From Bacteroidota bacterium (GTDB lineage: Bacteria > Bacteroidota > Ignavibacteria > Kapaibacteriales > UBA2268), in NCBI GenBank assembly GCA_004322215.1, contig SCSM01000007.1, positions 192,071 through 256,070 of the forward strand: a stretch of DNA of 64,000 nucleotides, written 5' to 3'. Below are positions 9,422-20,554 of this stretch, piece by piece (the stretch's first letter is position 1; each line of letters opens with the position of its first letter). A model generated the notes under the pieces. That model was given only the letters and a program-made list of their open reading frames with translations. It was not told the origin of the DNA and made no database searches. The position numbers were made by a program, and so were the translations under genes.

Positions 9422-12400
9422 ATGAGAACAATTCTTTTTTTAATAACATTTGTTTTATTCTCGATTTATCTTAATGCACAGTCATTAAAGGAGTTGATGA
9501 CAAATGTGGATTCGGCAATCAGTAAACAAGATTATCAAAATGCATTATTGTGGGCAGAAAAGGCAAAGAATGAAGCAATTAACAAATATGGAAATACTGA
9601 CAGCAATTTTGTTTCTGTAATTAAAAAATTCGTTGAAATAAATTTTGCTCTGAAAAATTACTATCAGGCATTAGACTATGCCAAACTTGACAGTACGAAA
9701 ACTCAAATAATTAATGGAACAAATAGTATATCATACGCAGAGACATTATTAAATTTGGCACAAATATATTTATACTTACAGAGATATAACGAGGCAGAAA
9801 ATACGGCGTTAAAGAGTACCGAATTATTTAAAAAATTGCTGAGCCAATATGACCCAAAATATGCGAACGCGCTGAAGGCTCTTGCCTGGATTTATTCAGC
9901 AGAAAATAAAGGAATCGAAGCAAGTCAGACTTATTTTAAAATTCTGCAATCAATTAAGGAAAATTACGGAATAATGAATGATGCTTATGCAGAAAATGTA
10001 TCAAATGTTTCTCAGGCACTTGAATCTAAAGAGCTGTACAGTGATGCAGAAGAATTTTTATTACATGTGATAAATGAATATAATGAAAAAGGTGTTGTAA
10101 AAAGTGATAATTATGCTAAAGCATGCCTTGACCTTGGAAGGATTTATGCAAAATCAGGAAGAGAATCAGAATCAGAAGGTTTGCTCAAATATGGATTGCA
10201 ATATCTTATACAGAAGTCAGGTGATAACAATCTATTTATTATGAGTAATTATAACTTCCTGGCATACGATTATTCATTAACTAATAAATATGATGAATCG
10301 GAAAATTTATATAAAAAACTGTTGATATTTTATAAACAGTACTATGGTGAAAATTCATCAGAATTTGCATCACTGCTCAACAGGATATCAATACTTTACA
10401 AGTCAATGAACAGGTTTGATGAATCAGAAGAATACAGTAAACAATCAATTGATATTCTTAAAAATTTAAAATTGGAAAAAACTTATTTATATTCAATTCA
10501 TCTCAATTCATTGGCAGATGTTTATATGAATAAAGGAAAATTCGAGGATTGCCTTCAATTATATGATGAATGTGAAAATATATATAAATCACTGTACGGA
10601 GATGAATATCCTGACAGACCGATGTTGATGAATAATCGGGCAGAAATTTACAAAAATCTGGGGAGATATAAGGAAGCAGAAATTTTATTACAAAATTCAT
10701 TGATGTTAATCGAAAAGAAATCAGGAAGATTTAATTATCGCTATGCAGTGTATCTTAACAATCTGGCTGAGGTTTTGGAATTTGAAGGTTATTACAGCAT
10801 TGCGGATTCATTATATAAAGAAGTTTTAAACCTAAAGAAAGCATATAGAGGCGAATTTCACTCTGAATTTGCAGAAACGATATGTATGCTGGCAAGATTG
10901 CATGAAAAGATAGGTAATTATGATTTGGCTTCAAAGTATTTTCAACAAGCTATGAATATTTATATCAGGAATATCAATTTAATATTTCCAACTTTAAATG
11001 ATAATGATAGAAGGTATTTTATAGCTCCGTTCAATGGTTTTTTTGAACATTTCTGTTCTTATTTATCAAAAAGTTCAGGTGATAATAATGAAATGACCGG
11101 TGAATTCTATAATTACAGGATTCGAACAAAATCTTTATTGTTTAATTTCCACAAAAAAATTCGGGAGAATATTTTAAAAAGCGGTGATTCTTCACTTGTG
11201 AAATCATTTCAAGTATGGCAAAATCTAAGGTATGAAATAGCGCGTTATTATAATTTTTCAAGTGAAGTACTTGAAAAAAGGGGAATTAATTTTGATTCTC
11301 TAAATAATTCTGCAAATGAAATAGAAAAGGAAATTTCTAATAAATCTGAGGATTTCGGAATAGAATTACAGAAAAAAGATTATAAATGGGAAGAAATAAG
11401 AGATAAATTAAATAATGATGAAGCGGCAGTTGAAATAATCAGATTCAGAATATTCGGCGATATAAAAAACAGTAATAATCCTTCAGTTAATATTCCCGGA
11501 TTTTTTGATTCTGTTGCTTATGCTGCCCTTATAATAACAAAGGATACTAAGAAAAGCCCTAAAATGGTTTTGCTTAAAAACGGAAATCAAATAGAAAATA
11601 ATCTGGCAACATTGTACACGAATACATTACAGAAATTGAAGGATAACACTAATAATCCCGATAAAGAAATACAAACAGCTGTATCAGAAAAAATATTATC
11701 AAATATTTATAATAACATTTGGAAAAATATTAATAAACAATTAAAAAAAATAAAAACGGTTTACCTTTCAACTGATGGTATTTTTAATAAAATTAACATT
11801 AATACTTTATTTAATCCTGATACAAAAAAATATGTTATTGAAGATTTGGATATAAGATTTGTTACCAATACATCTGATATCATAAATTTCAAATCAAAAA
11901 ATTCAGGAATAGAGCCGAATGCTTATTTATTCAGCAATCCTCAATATAATCTTGAAAAGGATTCTCTTGAGGTCATAGCCAGGGAATATAAATCAATACG
12001 TAAAAATGAAATAAATGAATTAAGTTCCGAAGTGGATAGTCTGCTGAAAGTAGGAATATCTCCATATCCCGAATCCGAATCAGGGATTAAATTCATCAGT
12101 GAAAAATTGAAAGCAAAAGGATGGAATATTCATGAATTTACAGGAGCAAGTGCAATCGAAGAAGCCGTTAAATCTGTTCAATATCCGAGAGTACTTCATT
12201 TAGCAACTCAAGGATTGTTTTTAAAAGATATTGATGCTAATATAAAAAGAACTTCCGGAATGCAAATAATACAATATCCCGAAAATCCACTATTAAGGTC
12301 ATTTCTCATTTTTTCAGGAATTAATAATATTAATAAAAACCTGAATGGACACTCAAATATCGATGACGGAATTTTAACAACTTATGAAATAATGAATCTC

Positions 12401-12700
12401 AATCTTGATAGCACTGAACTGGTAGTTCTCTCAGATTGTGAAACCGGTATCGGTGAGATAAAGAATGACAATAGTATAACAAATATGCAAAATGCCTTTC
12501 AATCTGCAGGAGCAAAAAGCATAATAATGAGTTTATGGAAAATAAACAATGAACCAAAACAAGAATTTCTGAATATTTTCTATGACAACTGGCTGTCTGG
12601 AAAATCGAAAAGGGAGGCATTCAGACAAACTCAATTAACTCTTAAGGAAAAATATAATAATATTTATTCATGGGGGGGATTCCTTTTGATAGGAGAGTAG
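9422..12700 (+). CDS. Secreted TPR-repeat + CHAT (caspase-like) domain protein, probably catalytically degenerate
   Basis: Signal peptide; many kinesin-light-chain-type TPRs; CHAT motifs VLHLATQG, DDGILTTYEI, LVVLSDCETG, SLWKI, WGGFLLIGE. Confidence 0.88.
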   Translation: MRTILFLITFVLFSIYLNAQSLKELMTNVDSAISKQDYQNALLWAEKAKNEAINKYGNTDSNFVSVIKKFVEINFALKNYYQALDYAKLDSTKTQIINGTNSISYAETLLNLAQIYLYLQRYNEAENTALKSTELFKKLLSQYDPKYANALKALAWIYSAENKGIEASQTYFKILQSIKENYGIMNDAYAENVSNVSQALESKELYSDAEEFLLHVINEYNEKGVVKSDNYAKACLDLGRIYAKSGRESESEGLLKYGLQYLIQKSGDNNLFIMSNYNFLAYDYSLTNKYDESENLYKKLLIFYKQYYGENSSEFASLLNRISILYKSMNRFDESEEYSKQSIDILKNLKLEKTYLYSIHLNSLADVYMNKGKFEDCLQLYDECENIYKSLYGDEYPDRPMLMNNRAEIYKNLGRYKEAEILLQNSLMLIEKKSGRFNYRYAVYLNNLAEVLEFEGYYSIADSLYKEVLNLKKAYRGEFHSEFAETICMLARLHEKIGNYDLASKYFQQAMNIYIRNINLIFPTLNDNDRRYFIAPFNGFFEHFCSYLSKSSGDNNEMTGEFYNYRIRTKSLLFNFHKKIRENILKSGDSSLVKSFQVWQNLRYEIARYYNFSSEVLEKRGINFDSLNNSANEIEKEISNKSEDFGIELQKKDYKWEEIRDKLNNDEAAVEIIRFRIFGDIKNSNNPSVNIPGFFDSVAYAALIITKDTKKSPKMVLLKNGNQIENNLATLYTNTLQKLKDNTNNPDKEIQTAVSEKILSNIYNNIWKNINKQLKKIKTVYLSTDGIFNKININTLFNPDTKKYVIEDLDIRFVTNTSDIINFKSKNSGIEPNAYLFSNPQYNLEKDSLEVIAREYKSIRKNEINELSSEVDSLLKVGISPYPESESGIKFISEKLKAKGWNIHEFTGASAIEEAVKSVQYPRVLHLATQGLFLKDIDANIKRTSGMQIIQYPENPLLRSFLIFSGINNINKNLNGHSNIDDGILTTYEIMNLNLDSTELVVLSDCETGIGEIKNDNSITNMQNAFQSAGAKSIIMSLWKINNEPKQEFLNIFYDNWLSGKSKREAFRQTQLTLKEKYNNIYSWGGFLLIGE

Positions 12701-12772
12701 TAAAGTAATTTAACATTTATATTTTTTGATTCACTTTTAAAAATAAACTAATAATTAGTTAATATAGAAATT

Positions 12773-14725
12773 ATGTTGGTTGTATCAAACTTATCAATAC
12801 ATTTTGCAAACAGGTACCTTTTCGACGGTGTAACTTTTTCTGTTAATGCAGGAGAAAGAATTGGTTTAATCGGAAGGAACGGCTCCGGTAAGACTACACT
12901 TTTAAATATTATTTCCGGTAAGCAGCGGGCTGAGGAAGGCGATATTATCAAACCTAAGGAATATAGAATAGGTTATCTGCCACAGGAAGCAGATATAAGT
13001 TCGAATAAAATCGTAAGAGATGAAGTTTACACCGCTTTAGATAGTATACAAAAAATTGAAACAAGATTAGAAGAAATTACAAATGAATTAAAGTATAGAA
13101 CAGATTTTGACAGTGAATTTTATAAATCAGTAATTCAGGAACAAAGTGAATTGCATGAAAGATTTGCTATACTTGGCGGGCATAGTATTGAAGCTGAGAT
13201 AGGAAAAGTAATGAAAGGACTTGGATTTGATGAAGAGGATTTATTAAGGAAGGTTAATGAATTAAGCGGTGGTTGGCAGATGAGAATTGAACTTGCTAAG
13301 ATTTTACTCAGCATGCCTGATATGATTTTACTCGATGAACCGACTAACCATCTCGACATAGATTCAGTCATCTGGGTGGAGAATTTCTTAAGAAATTATA
13401 AGGGTTCGGTTTTGCTTGTTTCTCATGACAGAACTTTCCTCGACTCGGTAACAAACAGAACGATTGAAATTTCAAACGGCAAAATATATGACCTTAATAA
13501 ATCATATACTGAATTTATTAAATTCATGGAGGAGCAAAGAGAACACCAGATAAATGCCTACAAAGACCAACAGAAACATATAGCTGAAACGGAAAAATAC
13601 ATCGAGCGATTCAGATACAAAGCTACACTGGCAACGAGAGTTCAGTCCAAAATCAAAATGCTCGAAAAGATAGAAAGAATTGATGTTGAAGAAACTGATA
13701 TTGCATCAATCAGGTTCAAATTTCCCGGTGCTCCCAATTCGGGCAGAATGGTCGCAGAGGTCATCAACCTTGATAAGATATATGGAGATAAAAAAGTATT
13801 AAGCAATATAAACTTTTCAATTGAGAAAGGGGATAAGATTGCATTCATAGGTCGAAATGGTGAAGGCAAAACGACCTTTTCAAAAATATTAGCAGGAGTG
13901 GAATCATACCTAGGAGAAAAGAGAATCGGTCATAATATTTCAGTCGGATTTTATGAACAGCAGCAGGCAAATGCTTTGTCCGGCGATGATACTGTTTTTG
14001 ATACTATTGACAGAGCCGCAACCGGCGAAATCAGAACTAAACTAAGACAATTACTCGGTGCGTTTTTATTCAGAGGAGAAGACATTTACAAGAAGGTCAA
14101 AGTTTTATCCGGTGGTGAGAAATCGAGACTGGCAATAGCAAAATTGCTTTTACAACCCTGCAATTTTTTAATTATGGACGAGCCGACCAATCATTTGGAT
14201 ATGGTATCCAAAGATGTTCTGAAAATGGCATTAATTGATTATAAAGGCACTTTGATTATAGTATCGCATGACAGGGAATTCCTTCATGGCTTAACTAATA
14301 AAACCGTAATGTTTAAGAATCATCAATTAATTGAATACCCCGGAGATTTATATGAATTTCTGGAAAAACAAAAAATTGAATCATTAAGAGATGTGGAACA
14401 AAGAGATAATAATATTAATAATAATTTTAAAAATGAACAGATAACAGGGTCCCAAATTTATAGGGAAGAAAAAAAGAAATTTCAAAGAGAAGAAAACAAA
14501 CTAAAGAAAAGGATTGAAAAATGTGAATCGGAAATTGCAGAAATAGAAGAAAAAATTTCAATAATAGAAAAAGAATTCACTGAATCGGATTTTTACTTAG
14601 ATATCCGACAGAGTAAAAGGAAGCAGAAAGAATTTGAGGATTTAAAAAACGAATTAGAATTAAAAATTGGAGAATGGGAAAAATTACATTCCGGGCTTGA
14701 AGAATTTCAATCAAATTATTTATAG
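12773..14725 (+). CDS. ABC-F family ATP-binding protein (YheS/Uup-like)
   Basis: Two ABC domains (GRNGSGKT, LSGGWQMR, LLDEPTNHLD; GRNGEGKT, LSGGEKSR); no TM segments; C-terminal coiled coil. Confidence 0.93.
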   Translation: MLVVSNLSIHFANRYLFDGVTFSVNAGERIGLIGRNGSGKTTLLNIISGKQRAEEGDIIKPKEYRIGYLPQEADISSNKIVRDEVYTALDSIQKIETRLEEITNELKYRTDFDSEFYKSVIQEQSELHERFAILGGHSIEAEIGKVMKGLGFDEEDLLRKVNELSGGWQMRIELAKILLSMPDMILLDEPTNHLDIDSVIWVENFLRNYKGSVLLVSHDRTFLDSVTNRTIEISNGKIYDLNKSYTEFIKFMEEQREHQINAYKDQQKHIAETEKYIERFRYKATLATRVQSKIKMLEKIERIDVEETDIASIRFKFPGAPNSGRMVAEVINLDKIYGDKKVLSNINFSIEKGDKIAFIGRNGEGKTTFSKILAGVESYLGEKRIGHNISVGFYEQQQANALSGDDTVFDTIDRAATGEIRTKLRQLLGAFLFRGEDIYKKVKVLSGGEKSRLAIAKLLLQPCNFLIMDEPTNHLDMVSKDVLKMALIDYKGTLIIVSHDREFLHGLTNKTVMFKNHQLIEYPGDLYEFLEKQKIESLRDVEQRDNNINNNFKNEQITGSQIYREEKKKFQREENKLKKRIEKCESEIAEIEEKISIIEKEFTESDFYLDIRQSKRKQKEFEDLKNELELKIGEWEKLHSGLEEFQSNYL

Positions 14726-17490
14726 AATTTAATTGCCTCAATATTAACATCCTGTCTCATCGTTCCTCTCATTTTATTTATTAATGCAACACAGATTTTA
14801 TAAATCTCAATAATTATTATAATTGAAAACGTCGTACACATTACGATTAACCATTCATTTGATGACAGCGGCACAGTATCGAGCAATTCATTCATAACAG
14901 GAATTGCAACTGCTGAAATCTGCAAAGCAATTGCAAGAAGCATAACAGCAATTAATATGGGATTTTTGAAAGGACTGATCCGGTCAATTTTCGTTCCGCC
15001 TGCATAAGGCAGGTTTATAAACAATGACCTATCGAATGAACGTGAGTTCTGTACATTCCAAATCTGGAAAAATGCTAATATGCAGAATGCCATTGTCCTT
15101 GCTTTATCATGTGATTCCGGATTGATTGCTATGTCAGTATCAGGAAGATAATAATTGAATACGATTAATGTGCCAATCATCATTATCAAACCCGAAATAA
15201 TCATTTGCAATACCATTCTCTTATTAATTAAAGGACTGTCTTTTTTGCGAGGCAGGAACACCATCACATCACCGTGTTCTTTTTCGAAAGCGAGCGGAAA
15301 TGTAGATGTACCGTCTGTAACTAAGTTAATCCACAGCAATTGAGCAGGTAAAACCGGTAACGGGAAACCAAATGCGACTGAAGTTGCAATCGTTAGCAAT
15401 CCACCGAAACTTGTAGATAAAATATATAATATAATATGCTGGAGATTTCTTAATACAACTCTTCCACGCCTGACAGCTTTTACAATCGTAGCAAAATTAT
15501 CGTCTATCAGCACCATGTGAGCAGATTCCTTTGCGACGTCGGTTCCACTGCCCATGGCTACCCCGATATCTGCCTGCTTCAGTGCAGGAGCATCATTGAC
15601 ACCATCGCCTGTCATCGCTACAATGTTTCCTCTCGCCTGAAGCTGCTTGACAATCCTGTATTTGTGATGAGGGGCAACTCTGGCATAAACATCAATATCA
15701 GGAACTTTTTCATAAAGTTCTTTATCTGTCAATTTATCAATTTCCACACCATTGATTGCGACAGGTTTCGGTTTACCTTTTCCTATACCGACAGTCTTGG
15801 CAACTGACTGGGCTGTTTTTGCATGGTCACCGGTAATCATAACGACCCTGATTCCTGCATTACGGCATTTGCTGACTGCTTCGACTGCTTCGGGTCTGAC
15901 TGTGTCTTCTATGCCGGCAAATCCAATAAAAATCAGATTTTTCAGACTATCGAGCGAAAGTGGTATGTTTGCCGATTCATCGGTGTATGCAAGTGCTAAT
16001 ACTCTCAGACCTTTCTCAGAAAAAATCTGTATGATGTTATTCGCACCATCAACATTCAAAGGTATTTTAGCCCCGTTGATGTCAATCATCGATGTACACC
16101 TGTTCAATATCTTTTCGGGCGCACCCTTTGAGAGAATATAGCTATTATTATCAGAGAATGCTCTGACTGCCATTAATTGATTTTCGGATTCAAACGGAAT
16201 ATCAACATTAACCTGGTAATCATTGGAATTGAAGCCGAGTTTTTTTGCAGCAATCATTAAAGCAATTTCAGTAGGGTCGCCTGTAATTTCCCAATCAGTA
16301 CCATTTTCTTTGATTACAGATTCTGTGCATAAAGAACCTACCAACGCAGTAAGATTCAAAGCATAATAATCATCGGCAAACACCTGCTCACCGCTATGTT
16401 GAGAAAAAATTTGTCCTTCCTTTGAATAACCGGAGCCAACCACGTCAAAAAGTTCACCACCGCTGTAAATCCTTGTGACTGCCATTTGATTCCTTGTGAG
16501 AGTACCGGTTTTATCAGTACAAATAATATTTGTGCTTCCCAGTGTTTCAACGGCAGCAAGTTTTTTTACGATAGCTTTCTGCTTAGCCATTTGCGATAAG
16601 CCGATTGACAGAGTAATCGTAACAGCGACAGGCAATCCCTCAGGAATAGCTGAAACGGCTAAGCCGACAGACGTAAGAAACATCGTCAGCCAGTCATTGC
16701 CCCGAAGGTAACCTATTAGAAAAATAATTACAACGATTGCCATTATGGATATGCTTATAAATTTACCGAAAGCAGCCATCTGGATTCCAAGCGGAGATAC
16801 TGTTTCTTCCGCTTCTGCGACTTTTACGGAAATCTTCCCGAATTCTGTCTGGTTACCAACAGCAGTAACTATTGCAATTCCTCTTCCCTTCTGTACAATT
16901 GTACCTGAATACAGCATAGTGTATCTATCGCCCAAAGGTGCATCCCTGCTTATAATGGCATTTGCATTTTTTGTAATTGAAAACGACTCCCCAGTCAGCA
17001 TTGACTCATCAATCAATAAATTCTGGGATTCGATTAACCGGGCATCAGCGGGTACCCTGACTCCGCTTTCAAGTATTATTATATCACCAACAACAACTTC
17101 GGCTGCGGGTATTATCTGTTGTATCCCGTCTCTTATAACCCTTGCACTCGGTGCAGTCATCTTCATCAATGCATTTAAAGCATCGGAAGCTCTTCGCTCC
17201 TGGACAAAGCCGATTAATGTGTTTAAAATGACAACTGCAGCAATAACAAAAGTGTCTTTTAGTTCGGCAAGAAAAGCATTCAGTACGGCAGCAACTATAA
17301 GGATGTATATAACCGGGTCGTTAAACTGTTCGAGTAATAAGACCCATGCAGGTTTTTCTTTAGTTGAAATTAGTGTGTTGTCTCCGAATTTTTCACGCAT
17401 ATCAATCACTTGTTCTGATGATAATCCGGTTTCCTGGATTACCCCAAAATTTTTCATCACAACATCACTCGGTTCTGTATGCCAAAACAT
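14716..17490 (-). CDS. Cation-transporting P-type ATPase (P2A, Ca2+-type)
   Basis: LTGES, IPEGLP, DKTGTLT, KGAPE, TGDGVNDAPAL, QLLWINLVTDG. Confidence 0.93.
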   Translation of the reverse strand: MFWHTEPSDVVMKNFGVIQETGLSSEQVIDMREKFGDNTLISTKEKPAWVLLLEQFNDPVIYILIVAAVLNAFLAELKDTFVIAAVVILNTLIGFVQERRASDALNALMKMTAPSARVIRDGIQQIIPAAEVVVGDIIILESGVRVPADARLIESQNLLIDESMLTGESFSITKNANAIISRDAPLGDRYTMLYSGTIVQKGRGIAIVTAVGNQTEFGKISVKVAEAEETVSPLGIQMAAFGKFISISIMAIVVIIFLIGYLRGNDWLTMFLTSVGLAVSAIPEGLPVAVTITLSIGLSQMAKQKAIVKKLAAVETLGSTNIICTDKTGTLTRNQMAVTRIYSGGELFDVVGSGYSKEGQIFSQHSGEQVFADDYYALNLTALVGSLCTESVIKENGTDWEITGDPTEIALMIAAKKLGFNSNDYQVNVDIPFESENQLMAVRAFSDNNSYILSKGAPEKILNRCTSMIDINGAKIPLNVDGANNIIQIFSEKGLRVLALAYTDESANIPLSLDSLKNLIFIGFAGIEDTVRPEAVEAVSKCRNAGIRVVMITGDHAKTAQSVAKTVGIGKGKPKPVAINGVEIDKLTDKELYEKVPDIDVYARVAPHHKYRIVKQLQARGNIVAMTGDGVNDAPALKQADIGVAMGSGTDVAKESAHMVLIDDNFATIVKAVRRGRVVLRNLQHIILYILSTSFGGLLTIATSVAFGFPLPVLPAQLLWINLVTDGTSTFPLAFEKEHGDVMVFLPRKKDSPLINKRMVLQMIISGLIMMIGTLIVFNYYLPDTDIAINPESHDKARTMAFCILAFFQIWNVQNSRSFDRSLFINLPYAGGTKIDRISPFKNPILIAVMLLAIALQISAVAIPVMNELLDTVPLSSNEWLIVMCTTFSIIIIIEIYKICVALINKMRGTMRQDVNIEAIKFYK

Positions 17491-17712
17491 ATTACAATTA
17501 CTTTATTGCTTTTCTTTTATTTAAAAATGAATAATCATACAAGTTAATAAAAAAACAAATCTTTTAAAAACCTGATTTTTCCCCATTTTTTATTAACATT
17601 AATATAAAATGACCATTAGAATTGATAGTATCGGTATATTTATTACTTATTTCTTATTTTTTCCGGCAAAAACAAAAATGCAGATTAATACTGCTTATAT
17701 TTTTATAAATCT

Positions 17713-18420
17713 TTAAATTGTTATAAAAATCAGATAAAATCCTCCAAGGAGCACCAATGCACCGCATATTCTTTTTAAATATTTTGTGGCATTAGAATTT
17801 TCAGTCCATCTGAGATAATCAGATACTTTTTTGGAAAGTGTTCCTGCCATTACAATAACCATGCAATGCCCTAAAGCAAAAGCAAATAGTAATCCAATTG
17901 ATAAAATTAAATTTGTTTGTGATATTTCAAATACTAACCCCAATACAGGTGCCATAAATGCAAATGTGCAGGGTCCAAGTCCGATTCCGAATATTAATCC
18001 TAAAACGAAAGCAGCAAAATTACCTTTGAATTTTGTCTTGCCGATACTTGCACTGTCCCATGGTAATCGTATGACATCAAGTAAATATAATCCAAATGTA
18101 AAGAAAACAAAAGCAACAATATAATTTCCTAAAGCTCCGATATCACCCATTAATCTTCCCAGCGAAAGCGTAATCCCGCCGATAATTGCAATTGTTAATA
18201 ATATCCCGACAGCAAAATTCAAAGCAAGAATGAAAGACTTCTTTGTACTTATCTGCCCTTGTGAACTCAAAAATCCTACTATTAGCGGAATACTTGAGAG
18301 ATGGCATGGGCTTAATAAAATACTTAATATGCCCCACAGGAGTGAAGATATTATTGCAAACAAGAAATTTTGATAAAGTAATTCACTCAGAAAATTAAAG
18401 ATTGATTCAATCATCAGCAT
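17713..18420 (-). CDS. ccdA: CcdA/DsbD-type membrane thiol-disulfide electron transporter
   Basis: About six TM segments with LLSPC and GLGPC cysteines. Confidence 0.8.
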   Translation of the reverse strand: MLMIESIFNFLSELLYQNFLFAIISSLLWGILSILLSPCHLSSIPLIVGFLSSQGQISTKKSFILALNFAVGILLTIAIIGGITLSLGRLMGDIGALGNYIVAFVFFTFGLYLLDVIRLPWDSASIGKTKFKGNFAAFVLGLIFGIGLGPCTFAFMAPVLGLVFEISQTNLILSIGLLFAFALGHCMVIVMAGTLSKKVSDYLRWTENSNATKYLKRICGALVLLGGFYLIFITI

Positions 18421-18793
18421 CCTTCTTTTTAATTGGTTTTAATCCCTTCGATTGAAGAAATTCTTCAATATTTTGTTCAGGATAAAATCCTACATGTCTG
18501 TGAATCTCGTTATTGTTTTCATCGAGAAAAACCTGTGTCGGTATCAAACTTATTCTGTACTTCTGTACATATTTTTGATTTTCAGATTTTTTGACATCAT
18601 AAAAAATAATCTTTATCTGGTTCCCGTATTTTTCTTCAATAGATTTCAATATCGGCTGCATTTTCTTGCATGGAATGCAGGTAACAGAGCCAATTTCAAG
18701 GAAAGTTATTTTTGGTTTAATTTCCTGCGAATAGATGTTAAACCAGATAGATAAAAATATAAGTGAAACCGTAATAATTTTTAATTTATTCAT
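18407..18793 (-). CDS. Exported thioredoxin family protein
   Basis: Signal peptide; CIPC; IPTQVFLD. Confidence 0.85.
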   Translation of the reverse strand: MNKLKIITVSLIFLSIWFNIYSQEIKPKITFLEIGSVTCIPCKKMQPILKSIEEKYGNQIKIIFYDVKKSENQKYVQKYRISLIPTQVFLDENNNEIHRHVGFYPEQNIEEFLQSKGLKPIKKKDADD

Positions 18794-19032
18794 TTTAGTG
18801 CCTCATTTAGCCATTGAACAATCTGGTTGTCTTTCGGTATTGTTCCGTAGCTCACAACCTTATTATTAATTACAAGACCGGGTGTCATCATAATTCCATA
18901 TTTCATTATTTCTTCGAGTTCTGTGATTTTCTCAACCGTAGCATCATATTTGTAATTTGAAACTATCTCTCTAACCTTTTTCTCAAGTGAAATGCATTTT
19001 GCACATCCCGTACCTAAAATTTTAATATTCAT
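18790..19032 (-). CDS. Small redox-active disulfide protein (thioredoxin_3 / MTH895-like)
   Basis: IKILGTGCAKC...YGIMMTPGLVIN. Confidence 0.9.
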   Translation of the reverse strand: MNIKILGTGCAKCISLEKKVREIVSNYKYDATVEKITELEEIMKYGIMMTPGLVINNKVVSYGTIPKDNQIVQWLNEALK

Positions 19033-19442
19033 TTTGCACTCCTTATAAAATTAATTTCTTCTTTTATATATTTCTTGAATTTTTCAAAATCATTAACAAA
19101 ATCCCAAATTTTTTCCAGGTTTTTCCATTGAATCTCTTTGCCATTTTCCTTTTTGCTGATAATTAGAGTTTGCGTATCGAATTTGTATTTTTCCCGGTAA
19201 TGTTCATTTTCCGGCAGGAGAAAATCTAAAGATGTTAGTATTACTGTACTGTCCTTAAGTTCTTTCCCGAATTCTAATAGCAATGAATTCCTGATATTGT
19301 TTTCGATTGTCAGACAAGTATGGCATCTTATCGTAGCGTGGAAATAGATTACATCAATCCTGGTTTGATTATCTTTTGAAAATAATTGGAATGGGAACAG
19401 GAAAATAATAACAATAAACAATGTTTTAAATATCATTTTCAT
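19029..19442 (-). CDS. Exported thioredoxin-fold protein, ArsF-like family
   Basis: Signal peptide; YFHATIRCHTC..IE and WKNLEKIW motifs. Confidence 0.7.
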   Translation of the reverse strand: MKMIFKTLFIVIIFLFPFQLFSKDNQTRIDVIYFHATIRCHTCLTIENNIRNSLLLEFGKELKDSTVILTSLDFLLPENEHYREKYKFDTQTLIISKKENGKEIQWKNLEKIWDFVNDFEKFKKYIKEEINFIRSAK

Positions 19443-19494
19443 AATAAAATAACAATCAAAAAGTTTACAAATAAAATTTTATAAATTTATGAAC

Positions 19495-20553
19495 TTAAAA
19501 AATCAAATTAAATAAAAATCCAACTATCGTTATTCCCGCTGCAACTATACCTATAAATATAAATATTAAAGGCATCTTCAATACTTTTTTTAGTATAATT
19601 GTCTCCGGTAAAGACAAACCAATTACAGCCATCATAAAAGCAAGAGAAGTACCCAAAGAAGCACCTTTCTCGAGTAAAACCTGAACGACCGGAATAATTC
19701 CAGCTGCATTTGAATATAAGGGAATTCCGATTAAAACCGCCAATGGGACCGAATACCAAACATCTTTTCCCATAAAAGAAGCCATAAAATCCTCAGGTAC
19801 ATAACCGTGTGCAACAGCACCAACTCCGATTCCAACAACAATATAAATCCATACTTTTGATACAATTTCTCTTACTGCCGTATATCCGGCTTCAATTCTA
19901 TCGGTGAATGATATTCTATGTCCAGGGATTTCTACGCTTCCTGATTTTGTTTGATATACCCAATCGGCTACAAATTTTTCGAGCTTTAATTTTCCAATAA
20001 TCCATCCTGATAAAATCGCGATGACCAATCCAGTCGTTACATAAATCAATGCTGTCTGCCATCCGAATAATCCCAATAGTAAAACAACAGCAACCTCATT
20101 AATCATCGGTGCTGCAATTAGGAATGAAAAAGTTACACCTAATGGAATTCCTGATTCGACAAAACCTAAGAAAAGTGGAATTGCCGAGCAAGAGCAAAAT
20201 GGAGTAATAATTCCTAAAGTACCAGCCATGATATTTCCAAGAAACAATGGCTTTCCTTCGAGAGCTTTTCTTGTTTTTTCAGGTGAAAAATATGACCTTA
20301 TTATTCCGACAACAAAAACTATCAACACAAGGAGAAGCATTACTTTCGGGACTTCATAAATGAAAAACCTGATTGATTCCGTCAGATGAGTTCCTGCAGC
20401 CATGCCAAAAAGGTCATAAACAATAAAGTCGGAAAAACTTTTAAGATATAAATAAAATAAAATCCAAAAAATTAAGATAGGAATTGGAATATAATATTTA
20501 TAAACAAAATCCTTTGGCTTAGAAATTATTATTGATTCTTCTTTTGTATTCAT
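19495..20553 (-). CDS. arsP: ArsP/DUF318 family permease
   Basis: TPFCSCSAIP, FSFLIAAPMINE, SLPE motifs; inside the ars operon. Confidence 0.85.
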   Translation of the reverse strand: MNTKEESIIISKPKDFVYKYYIPIPILIFWILFYLYLKSFSDFIVYDLFGMAAGTHLTESIRFFIYEVPKVMLLLVLIVFVVGIIRSYFSPEKTRKALEGKPLFLGNIMAGTLGIITPFCSCSAIPLFLGFVESGIPLGVTFSFLIAAPMINEVAVVLLLGLFGWQTALIYVTTGLVIAILSGWIIGKLKLEKFVADWVYQTKSGSVEIPGHRISFTDRIEAGYTAVREIVSKVWIYIVVGIGVGAVAHGYVPEDFMASFMGKDVWYSVPLAVLIGIPLYSNAAGIIPVVQVLLEKGASLGTSLAFMMAVIGLSLPETIILKKVLKMPLIFIFIGIVAAGITIVGFLFNLIF

Positions 20554-20554
20554 A

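Noticed and set aside
9422..12700. TPR-CHAT as a CRISPR type III-E (Craspase) component
   Set aside because: No cas genes or array in the window; it has a signal peptide and lacks the catalytic His
14716..14725. 10-bp convergent overlap of the ABC-F and P-type ATPase genes
   Set aside because: Short tail-to-tail overlaps are common; no sign of function
16745..17524. 259-aa plus-strand ORF, and other antisense ORFs such as 15752-16141, 30475-30837 and 44698-45048
   Set aside because: Antisense shadows of well-supported genes; no recognisable motifs
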